Assembly: GCF_044704955.1 (NCBI RefSeq)
Contig: NC_091994.1
Span: forward strand, 115,320,001 to 115,384,000
DNA length: 64,000 bases
Origin: Pristiophorus japonicus
Taxonomy: Eukaryota
Direction of reading: 5' to 3'
The position numbers and the translations under genes were made by a program. The notes under the pieces are model-generated. The model did no database searches. It saw nothing but the letters and a program-made list of their open reading frames with translations, and had not been told where the DNA came from. Positions 53,257 to 64,000 of this stretch are shown piece by piece (positions within the stretch are counted from its first letter, which is position 1; each line of letters opens with the position of its first letter).

Positions 53257-53363
53257 CACGGCAGCATCCGCCAAGGAGGCTGGGCTCCCACTCTGCGGTC
53301 AGACTGATACACTCCTGTCACTCTGCAGCTGGCTCTGAGTACAAGGGAAGTAACAGCGGCCAC

Positions 53364-53617
53364 ATCCGTGCCAGGGTGTCCTTGGAGATGGAGTACGCGG
53401 TGTCCACCTGTACGCTCGCGGCCTTCTGTGAGAGGTGGGCGCTGGAGGGACTGGAGTGCATTGTCACCCCCGGCAACCAAATTTTAATTTGACTCTATAT
53501 GTTTTAAGGTTTAATTTGTTTTAATTGCCGGGTTTTTAGTGTCCCCCTCCCCTTTTATAGGGGGCACTTGTCAAATGTGGAATTTTAATGCCCTAAAAAA
53601 AACATACAAAAAAAATC
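53364..53617 (+). mobile_element. Short Tx1 3' fragment with 13-bp target-site duplication
   Basis: Same ORF end as copies A/B (ERWALEGLECIVTPGNQILI); TAACAGCGGCCAC at 53351-53363 and 53618-53630. Confidence 0.9.
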
Positions 53618-54726
53618 TAACAGCGGCCACCCTGTTTTCTGCACCGACACAACCAGCAATGGGAACACTGTAATGGGCGCTTCGGGTTTAATATTAACGG
53701 CACGGTATAAATATTCACATCATCTGGGCCAGCCAACGGAGGAGAATTGGGAAAGGTCATAGCTTTTAAAAGGGACCAGCGACCTGAAACATTAACCCTG
53801 CTTCTCTCTCCACAGATGCTGCCTGGCCCGCTGAGTATTTCCAGTACGTTCAGTTGTTATTTTGGAATTAATTCCTATTCTGCCTCCTCAGATACTTGGG
53901 TGGAATCTGCCTTGGACATTCAGTGAGTAGGAGAGCGCGAACGGAACCCATGCAAGCAACATTTGTCGCTCCAGTTCAGCGTGAGTTCAGGTGTATATTC
54001 GCTGCAGTACATTAAATGGTCAAAGTCAAGGCGCTGACAAGCAATGGGGGATCAGGCAGGTTGCTGAGCGTTAGGGGGCTGCAGTCCCAGAGAGGGATAT
54101 AAAAGGCAAAGATCAGGGAATTCTCCAGGGAAGTTCATCCTGCACTGCATTCAATCTGGTCTCATGGTCACCAACTGTTCTTTGCTTACCTCAATGCCTT
54201 CTCCTGTATACCATTTCAGGGTGTATCTTTCATTCCTTCCCAGTTGACCATCTCCAATATTAATTTATTGGGTACCATAGGACAGTACCCGCAGTGCTGC
54301 CCCACTCATCAGTCTCCAGCCCACCTGCCCAGCCCAGCACTGACCATTTTCCCTGGTGCTGCCCAGTTATCAGAAAGACCCAACATCCAGAAATGTAATT
54401 ACTTTTAAATTACATTGAAAAAGCACCCACAGTATTTGTTCTCATGCTGGGGAGCCATCTCATAATATAAAAGGGATAGATTCCCATCAGCAGCAACCTA
54501 CAGTGATCCACAATTATTTCTGTATGAAGAGGTGTTGGTCTCTCTGCTTCGGGTGGGAGCTGACTTTCTGCATGCAGATGATGGCTGGGTTCTTCCTTCA
54601 GCCTGCAAAGTACTTCTTGCACTCACCCCAACGTCCCCCCCCCCACCACCCCACATCACAATCTGCCCGAAACCTGCTTGTTGTTAAAATTCGGCCTCTT
54701 ATGTTAAGTGTCCTGAATATAGGTAT

Positions 54727-54970
54727 AGAAACATAGAAATTTACAGGGCAGAAGGAGGCCATTTCAGCCCATCGTGTCCGCGCCGGCCGACAAAGAGCCG
54801 CACGGCCCTCGGTCAGCAGCCCTGAGGTTACATATAAATCTATGAACAATGACGGAAAGGCAAAGAGCACCCAGCCCAACCAGTCCACCTCACACCACTG
54901 CGACATCCCTTATACTGAAACATTCTACACTCCCCCCCCCAACCGGAGCCATGTGATCTCCTGGGAGAGG
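54727..54970 (-). mobile_element. 3'UTR of a long-tailed CR1 subfamily (related 3' end at about 47850-48140)
   Basis: Reverse match to the 59090-59340 tail. Confidence 0.75.
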
Positions 54971-55599
54971 CATGTTTGCTTTATATTAAAATATTGTTTG
55001 GGTAAACCAAATCACTCACAAATACACATATTTTATTATGACTATATAAACTTTAATAGTGTTTCATATGCCAACATACATTTGGTGTTTGATATACAAT
55101 ACGGAAGTTATTCACTGGATAAGCTAATTTTTGAGGTCAGCTGTAAGGAACCATGAGATGTGATGTTATAAATTGCTCCTCTCATCATGGCCAGTTCATT
55201 CCCATTCACGGGAACTGCCACCACCTTATGCGGCAATATCACTATTATTGTCACTTTTTTATTAATAATGCAATGACGAACTAGTTACCGAAAGTGTTGG
55301 AATGTATTTGTTGGGGTTGATAGTGTGATGGCTGTTGCTTATTGTGCCTCAGTTCCCTGTGTGACACGCGGTGTTGGCGAGGCCTCAGGCCCACTCAGTG
55401 CCTGCTGTGCACCTACTACCACCCAGTGGCCACCCCGTGTCTGGGCAGGAAGTGTCTGAAAGGCTTCTTACGTTTTGATTAAAGCAACTTCCTATCATAT
55501 GGCTGGAGTGCCTGAGCGGCGATCAGAAATAGACAGTGCAAAGGAAGGCCCACAGAAATCGGTTTACATTTTATATCAGGGCCCCCAATCACTCCCTAT

Positions 55600-55770
55600 T
55601 CACCCCAAACTCATCTCGACTCATCTCCTACTCACCCCAATCCCTACTCACCCCAACCCCTACGGACCCCAACCCCTACTAACCCCAACCCCCTACTCAT
55701 CCCAACCCTCTACTCACCCCAACCCCTACGGACCCCAACCCCTACTCACCCAACTCCCAAGCCAGCCCCA
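55600..55770. repeat. C-rich degenerate tandem repeat (ctcaccccaaccccta)
   Basis: Visible directly. Confidence 0.8.
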
Positions 55771-56454
55771 ACTCAAGGCCTGACCTTCACAAGTCCAGTA
55801 CTCTATTGATGTGGGCATCAACCCTCCCCGCCACCCCCCCAAAAAAAATATACCGTAGCTCTCAGTTGGAGAATTTCCACATTGTGAGGAGCATGTGTTG
55901 ATGCATTTAAGGGGAAGCTCGATAAGCACATGAGGGAGCAAGGAATCGGATATGCTGATAGAATGAGATGAAGAGGAATGTGGAGCATAACCAGACCAGC
56001 TGGGCCAAGTGTACAGTTTCTGTGCTGTGAATCCTTTAGTCATCCTGTGCCAGGAACTGTTTATGTGGTGCTGGTACTGGGAATCCTGCAGAATTCACAC
56101 TCTGCCAGCGCATCCTGAGTAATTTCCTGGGAACAACCATTAATTAAGGATGCGTTTATTTGTACAAACTGAAAGGCTGCCGTTTCTCTGATTGGCTCTC
56201 CATTATCACATTATCTATTGCTGATTGGTCCTCTTGGAGGATAAGCCACACCCTGAAGCTTCTCTGGAATGTGCAACTGGAATCGCCCAGCCCAAGTTCT
56301 GATTGACTTTCCAATTTGTAATTCGATCCATTTTGACTTTAGAAGCCACAGAGGATAGATCTCCCCAAAAGCCACCAAGTTCCAGCCAAAGTCCCTTACC
56401 CCAGCGCAAGTGCATCCCCCCCCAGCCAAAGTCCCTTGTCCCAGTGCAAGATGC

Positions 56455-59345
56455 TTTTGTGACTGGAAGGATGTTTCCAGTGGTATACATTAATGATCTA
56501 GATTTGAATATAGGGGATATGATTAAGAAGTTTGTAGATGACACTAAAATTGGTTGTGTGGTTAATAATGAAGAGGAAAGTCATGTACTGCAGGAGGATA
56601 TCACTCTACTGGTCAGGTGGGCAGAACAGTGGCAAATAGAATTTAATTCGGAGAAGTGTAAAGTAATGCACTTGGGGAGGGCTAATAAGGAAAGGGTATA
56701 CACATTAAATGGCAGGCCATTTAGCAGTGTAGATGAACAAAGAAACCTTCGAGTGCTTGTCCACATATCCATGAAAGTAGCACGCCAGGTGGCTAACATA
56801 GAAACATAGAAAATAGGTGCAGGAGTAGGCCATTCGGCCTTTCTAGCCTGCACCGCCATTCAATGAGATCATGGCTGAACATGCAACTTCAGTACCCCAT
56901 TCCTGCTTTCTCACCATACCCCTTGATTCCCCTAGTAGTAAGGACTTCATCTAACTCCTTTTTGAATATATTCAGTGAACTGGCCTCAACAACTTTCTGT
57001 GGTAGAGAATTCCACAGGTTCACCACTCTCTGGGTGAAGAAATTCCTCCTCATCTCGGTCCTAAATGGCTTACCCCATATCCTTAGACTGTGTCCCCTGG
57101 CTCTGGACTTCCCCAACATTGGGAACATTCTTCCTGCATCTAACCTGTCTAACCCCATCAGAATTTTAAACGTTTCTATGAGGTCCCCTCTCATTCTTCT
57201 GAACTCCAGTGAATACAAGCCCAGTTGATCCAGTCTTTCTTGATAGGTCAGTCCCGCCATCCCGGGAATCAGTCTGGTGAACCTTCGCTGCACTCCCTCA
57301 ATAGCAAGAATGTCCTTCCTCAGGTTAGGAGACCAAAACTGTACACAATACTCCAGGTGTGGCCTCACCAAGGCCCTGTACAACTGTAGCAACACCTCCC
57401 TGCCCCTGTACTCAAATCCCCTCGCTATGAAGGCCAACATGCCATTTGCTTTCTTAACCGCCTGCTGTACCTGCATGCCAACCTTCAATGACTGATGTAC
57501 CATGACACCCAGGTCTCTTTGCACCTCCCCTTTTCCTAATCTGTCACCATTCAGATAATAGTCTGTCTCTCTGTTTTTACCACCAAAGTGGATAACCTCA
57601 CATTTATCCACATTATACTTCATCTGCCATGCATTTGCCCACTCACCTAACCTATCCAAGTCACTCTGCAGCCTCATAGCATCCTCCTCGCAGCTCACAC
57701 TGCCACCCAACTTAGTGTCATCTGCAAATTTGGAGATACTACATTTAATCCCCTCGTCTAAATCATTAATGTACAGTGTAAACAGCTGGGGCCCCAGCAC
57801 AGAACCTTGTGGTACCCCACTAGTCACTGCCTGCCATTCTGAAAAGTACCCATTTACTCCTACTCTTTGCTTCCTGTCTGACAACCAGTTCTCAATCCAT
57901 GTCAGCACACTACCCCCAATCCCATGTGCCTTAACTTTGCACATTAATCTCTTGTGTGGGACCTTGTCGAAAGCCTTCTGAAAGTCCAAATATACCACAT
58001 CAACTGGTTCTCCCTTGTCCACTCTACTGGAAACATCCTCAAAAAATTCCAGAAGATTTGTCAAGCATGATTTCCCTTTCACAAATCCATGCTGACTTGG
58101 ACCTATCATGCCACCTCTTTCCAAATGTGCTGCTATGACATCCTTAATAATTGATTCCATCATTTTACCCACTACCGATGTCAGGCTGACCGGTCTATAA
58201 TTCCCTATTTTCTCTCTCCCTCCTTTTTTTAAAAAGTGGGGTTACATTGGCTACCCTCCACTCCATAGGAACTGATCCAGAGTCAATGGAATGTTGGAAA
58301 ATGACTGTCAATGCATCCACTATTTCCAAGGCCACTTCCTTAAGTACTCTGGGATGCAGGCGGTTAAGAAGGCATATGGAATGCTTTGGCCAAGGCACAG
58401 AATATAAGAGCAGGGAGGTTATGCTTAAATTTTATAATACTCTGGTAAGGCTACAGCTGGAATACTGTGTGCAATTCTGGTTGCCGTATTATAGGAAGGA
58501 TGTGATTGCACTAGAGAGGGTGCAGAAGAGATTTACTAGAATGCTGCCTGGAATGGAGAATCTTAGTTATGAGGACAGATTGGATAGGCTGGATTTGTTC
58601 TCATTGGAACAGAGGAGGCTGAGAGGAGACCACATTGAGGTGTATAACATTTTGAGAGGCCTGGACATAGTGGATACCAAGGGCCTATTTCCCTTGGTAG
58701 AGGGGTCAATTACAAGGGGGCATAGTTTTAAGGTGGTTGGTGGAAGGTTCAGAGGGGATTTGAGGGGAAACTTCTTTATGCAGAAGGTTGTGGGGATCTG
58801 GAACTCACTGCTTGGAAGGGTGGTGGATGCAGAAACCCTCACCACATTTAAAAGGTGTTTGGATGGGCACTTAAAGTGCCATAACCTGCAGGGTTAGGGA
58901 CCAAGAGCTGGTAATTGGGATTAGACTGGATAACCTCTTGTTGGCTAGCGCAGATACGATGGTAAGTACAGCAGAGAATCGAATACAGCCAGAGTGATCT
59001 CCTGGACTAGTTTCGATCTCCTGGATGGATTGAAGAGGAATTTCCCAGATTTTTTCCCCAATTGGCCTGGGCTTTTATCTGTTTTTTGCCTCTCCCAGGA
59101 GATCACATGTCTCCGGTTGGGGTGGAGTGCAGAATGTTTCAGTGTAAGGGGTGTCGCAGTTGTGTGGTGCAGACTGGTTGGGCTGGGTGCTATTTACCTG
59201 TCCACCATTGTTCATTGTTCATAGGTTTATATGTAACCTTCAGTTCTGCTGACCGAGGGCCGTGCGGCTCTTTGTCGACCGGCACGGACACGATGGATCG
59301 ACATGGACTCCTTCTGCGCTGTAAATTTCTATGTTTCTATGTTTT
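56455..59345 (+). mobile_element. CR1 (long 3'UTR subfamily) split by a nested CR1
   Basis: YINDLD..KFVDDTK at 56480-56795; resumes at 58358 with RLQLEYC; TTTCTATG tail at about 59340. Confidence 0.9.
56796..58358 (-). mobile_element. Young CR1 with an uninterrupted 427-aa RT/C-terminal ORF
   Basis: ORF 56889..58172; CATAGAAA tail. Confidence 0.95.
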
Positions 59346-62300
59346 CTAAGTGCGTCCCTCCCCCAGTTGAAGACCCTTATCCCAGTGCAAGTGCATGACT
59401 TTACCCCCCCCCCCCCCCACCCCCATAGATGGGGCATTGTGTGCAGATTGTTTATCGGGTATGAAGTGAATAGTGACAGTGTCGTGATTTCTGGATTTCA
59501 TCCACCCAAATGATGTCCCTTGTAACACACGCAATGAGCTTGCATGCACCAGGGGGTTGCAAGAATGTTTATTTATCTTCCCTGAGTTCCCTCTCTCCCC
59601 TCCGATCCCCCTCACCTGTGTCTCTCTCCCCCAACTCTCTCTCTCTCTCCCCACCCCGCCCCTGCTCTCTCTCCCAACCCCCACTATCTCTCTCTCTATC
59701 TCTCTCCCTGTGTCTCTCTCTTCACCCCCCGCTTGAGGCTCGGTGGATGCATTCAGCTGTTCGGGCCTCGGGGGGTGGGGGAGTGCTGGGGGGGGGGGGG
59801 GGGGAGACTTAGTACAAATAGTTACTCCGATTAATTAATCGGAGGAGCTGACGGTGCATTAGGGGAGGAGGTCAGCTGATTTGTGGAAAGGTGTGCCAGG
59901 TGGCTGGTGATCTGGTCCCCGAACACACGCACTGACAGCTTGGGCATCACAGGGACCTTTCTGTCACTGTCTGTCTGCTCAGGCAATCCTGTCTGGTGTG
60001 AAAGCAAATTTAAACTTCCCGCTTTACTCACCGGATAACCTGGGAATGTTTTAAACTTCAATTTTACTGTTCGAGGGAAGTCTTTGCTCTCCTGGCTCTC
60101 GCCTCCTCCCCTCAAATTAAAGTGGAATTGGAAGTGTGCAAGGGGCAGCAGCAGTATAACTCTGGTCTGTTGGCAGCACATTACACTATAAAAGTTTCAG
60201 CCTGAGATCAGTACCTATTGTACAATGGTATTTTTAAACAGTGTAACTATTTGTACTGCACATTTTTGACAGACATGGATTGAATCATTCCCTCCACATG
60301 GTGCTGAGAAGAAGGACCTGATGCTCTGACTCTCTTTGCCCGCTCAAGCCCCGGCCCTGTCCCCCACCCCACCCTGCTCCTGCTCTCTCCCAGCCGCGAC
60401 CGACCTGGGGCTGAGAGCACGAGAGACTGGGGAGAGAGAGAGAGAGAGACTGGGGAGAGAGAGAGAGAGAGACATGGGGAGAGAGAGAGAGAGAGAGAGA
60501 CGGAGAGACGGAGAGGGTGGAGTTAGAGGGAGAGGCGGGGGGAGAGTGAAAGAGACCGGTGGGGCAGAGGCAGAGGGAGAGAGATAGGGGCGAGAGAAAG
60601 AGAGACTGGGTGGATAGAGAGAGAGAGACAGGGGGGAGAGTGACTGGGAGTGAGCGAGAAAGGCTGGGGGACGAGTGAGAGAGAGGGGAGAGAGAGAAAG
60701 AGGCTGGGTGGGGGGGGGGGGGAGAGACTGGGGGGGGGGGGAGAGAGAGAGAGACTGGAGGTTGGTGGGGGGAGAGAGAGAGAGAGAGAGAGACTGTGGC
60801 GGGGGGGGGGGGAGATTGGAGGGGAGAGGGAACTCGGGGAAGACGGATCACGTTCTTCCAACCCCCTACAAGGGACATCGAAGGAGTGGATGATATCCAG
60901 AAATCACAACACTCTCACTATTCACTTCATACCCAATAAACCTGTTAACAATCTGTACACAATGCCTGCCCCATCTTGGTGGGGTGGGGAGAGAGGGTAG
61001 GATGCACTTGCGCTGGGTAAGGCACTTCGGCTGGGGGAGGCATACGCGGACTGGGGTAAGGCACTTTGGCTGGCCCTTGCTGTCTTCTGGGGAGCTCTGT
61101 CCTCTGTGGCTTCAGGAAGTCAAAGTGGATCGAGTTACAATTTACAAAGTCAGTGAGACCTTGGGCTGGGCGGTTCCATTTACACATTCCTGTCAAACTT
61201 CAGGGTGTGGCTTATCCTCCAAAGGGACCAATCATAGACAAAGGGTGGAGCATGGTGGCCATGTGTGCAGTACAAATAAGCGCGTCCATTTTTAAACCCT
61301 GTATTTACATATATGCAGATTCTAATTCGTTAGCTGATTGTTTTTTGGTCAATATATGTACTGCCATCTGTCAGTGATTCACGGGAAGCTCCAACAACTA
61401 GCTGTTTATCATTGTAAATCTTATCATTGTAACTGGCAGAGTGAGACTCCTTCCATCTGTGCTTCCCAAACGTTTCCAGATTTACTGCAGACACGAGATT
61501 GTTTCTGGCCCACACCTTGTGGCCACTCAGCCTGCGGATATATTGGGATTGTTTGGTCCTGTTCCCCCCTGAGCTGCCTGTCGCTCACACCCTCTAATGG
61601 CAGAGCACACATGGCCAGTAATATCTGAAATACACTGGAATTGAGTGAGAGAGGTTCCCGTTCCTGGCCCATCAGTGAATGCAGCTGGACAGTGTGTGCG
61701 GGAGCGATCGGTGGGCGCCGGCACCGATTTGGTGAAATCCCGGCTCAACATTTGAGCTGGTTACGATCACAGGGGAGGAGCAGATATTTGGTGGAAGCAG
61801 GGGGCTGACCTGGTGCAGGGAATCCCAGACACCAGGTGAGTCCGTGCCTTCGGGAAAGAAGGGAAGAACATTGAAAATAAAACACACACATGCACACAGA
61901 AGATAAGGCTCTCCTCAATGCCGGGAATTTGTATTCAAAATAAATTCTTGTGAACTAATTGAATAAAATGGAAAAAAGGAACCACGTTTATCAAATAATT
62001 ATTCTCGTCATAGATCCAATGTTGCAAGTTTAATCAAACTACAGTTGTATGAGCAGATACAAAGGACAAACAGAAAAAGTATTGTACTTGTGATTTAATC
62101 ATTTGCATATAGGCATACAAATTGAGAAGAAAAAGTATTTGGAGGAAGGGCTATGCTTTCTGACCTCCGGCACTGAATGGTTTGACTGTAGATTACATCT
62201 TACAGAGATGGTAGATGTTTACTTTGATGTATTTGTTTAAACCAGTGTTTATTAACAGTTTGTCAAGGGCGCCAGTCCCAACATCATGCTGGAGGGCTGT

Positions 62301-63519
62301 TCTCAGCAGTTGAGTGATGGGATGTCCATCTCCACACATTTCCTCACACCAATTCCTGATTTCAATCAGGCCCATTGGACCACCGGCCACACAAATGAGA
62401 AAAAACTGTAGGACTATTTAATAATTCAGTGAAATCATCTCGATTTTAACCAGGCCTTTGAATTTGTTTGAATGAAAGCTGGGGTAACCTTGCATTCTAA
62501 TAGTATTCCCTTTGCTGGGGTGTTAGAGAGGTGGAAGAAGCGATTTTCGATCAACATCCCACAGCCGCCAGTCTCTGAATCATGACTGCGAGGTACATGG
62601 AGCTGTGACTAATGTCTGGCAGGCTGTATTCATACCACTGGTTTAGACTGTATGATTCAGAGTCATGTACACAAGGGGTGATTCTCCCCTCCAGTGCCCC
62701 TAGGGAGCATATCTTAGGAACGAGCAGGTGTGCAGCCTATAGCAGTACATCCAGTAAGAGGAATGGATGCAAACTCAGGACTGTGTCCCCACACCTCTCC
62801 CAAATGCACTCCCTGTGATTGCCAGTCCTGACTGGGAGAGCCAATCGTTCAATTATCTCGATCGTTTTTTTTTAACAACATAAAGCTTTTGGCTTTAATT
62901 AACTTTCACTTTTAGAAATTCAAAAGAATGTACATCAATATTAAACATAGTTTGTTTCAGAGTTAATACATTCAAAACTTAGGGTTATTGGTAGGTTGCA
63001 CAATAGTATTTATGGAAGGAGTGTGGCCTACAAATTGGAGGGTAGATATCAGCTACTAGTCAAATGCTTTTAATATGTTTATTCTCTGGAGTTTAAGGGG
63101 ATCTTTTATTTAACTTTTGAAAAAATTGCCATGTTTTTCTTGTGAGGCACATCATATGCTGCCTCTGCTCTCAACCTTCTCCCTCCTCTTTTGTCTTCAT
63201 ACTCCATACCATTCGTTTCTGCATTTTTATATTATCTTGCACTATTTGCAACACCAACAGCAGCTTTTTCTCTCTGTCTGCTGCACACTCATTCACCACT
63301 CACTATCATCTCTTGTTCCAGATATCAGACACTGTTTATGTGGCCTCCAAACACTGTTTCCATCTGAGGCAGTGATTTATGTGTACCACCTCCAATCTAG
63401 TATACCCTCAGTCCCAGTGGGTCATGGCATTCACAGGCAGTGTGGGCCAAAGATTCAAGTATGCCTTTTAATTAAACTATAAGGAGACACTGGCTTGTCC
63501 CAGTGCCATCAAACAAGAA

Positions 63520-63790
63520 AACCCAACAAAGGTGCCTCCTATTTAGAGGGGCACAACCAATAGAAAACTAAAGCTTAAACCAGGAAGCTCCAAAAATTAA
63601 ATAATAATGTTGTTACCCATGTCCGCAATGCCCCCCAGTCCCTGCTGTGCCCACTGGTCCTGATGATGCCCACCAGCCATGGAAGGCCTCAAATATACCT
63701 GAAGAATCCACATGCATCTTTTCCAGGGCCACCTGGACATGGACAAGGCCACAGACAGATAAGGTAAGGGTCCTGCATTGGCTGCGAATT
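63520..63790 (-). mobile_element. Old Tx1 3' remnant
   Basis: QWAQQGLGGIADMGNNIII* resembles RWAPEGLECIITPGNQILI*. Confidence 0.55.
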
Positions 63791-64000
63791 GAACCAATTC
63801 TCCTGTAGCAGCCAATAAGCTTACCCCTGAATCACCAAGTCTTGTGGAATTAACCCTTATTTTTTTTTTTATTGCTAGCTTCAATGAAGGATCCCATCTC
63901 AAATATTAACCTTTGTTTCTGTTTCTGATGTGGGTCAACCTGCTCGGCATTTCCAACAATGTCTGTTTCTTTCAACGGCTTTCAGTGGGGAGAATTCTTA

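Larger units (their letters stand above)
56148..61290. mobile_element. Large inverted-repeat element; left arm interrupted by CR1s
   Basis: 56148-56450 plus 59350-59600 is the diverged reverse complement of about 60820-61290. Confidence 0.65.

Noticed and set aside
61330-63480. Possible exons or decayed transposase on the minus strand
   Set aside because: No recognisable family motif and no consistent splice chain.

Overview
Vertebrate genomic DNA, most likely a cartilaginous fish (inferred from the CR1, Deu-domain SINE and palindromic repeat families). Roughly half the window is transposon-derived: CR1 LINEs, L2, RTE, Tx1-clade LINEs and tRNA/Deu SINEs. Most ORFs in the supplied track are LINE fragments, their antisense shadows or simple-repeat translations. 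Two spliced host loci can be rebuilt by hand. (1) A complete 5-exon TAF10 gene on + (161 aa), with a CpG-rich promoter and a 17.6-kb first intron filled with nested transposons. (2) On -, converging on TAF10, a compact rearranging-type antigen-receptor locus that now looks pseudogenised. Its parts are a TATA box and leader exon, a TCR V-beta-like V segment with a 22-bp-spacer RSS, a degenerate J-like segment, a full-length Ig C1 domain exon, a 45-nt Cys-containing connecting-peptide exon, a TCR-alpha/delta-type Arg/Lys transmembrane exon and a candidate untranslated last exon. This mix of V-beta-like V, Ig/C-beta-like C and alpha/delta-type membrane anchor does not fit a canonical TCR chain and is the main candidate for novelty. 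A second highlight is two Tx1 LINE copies inserted in tandem at the same 14-bp site inside a CR1 element, each ending in a structured 3' module.
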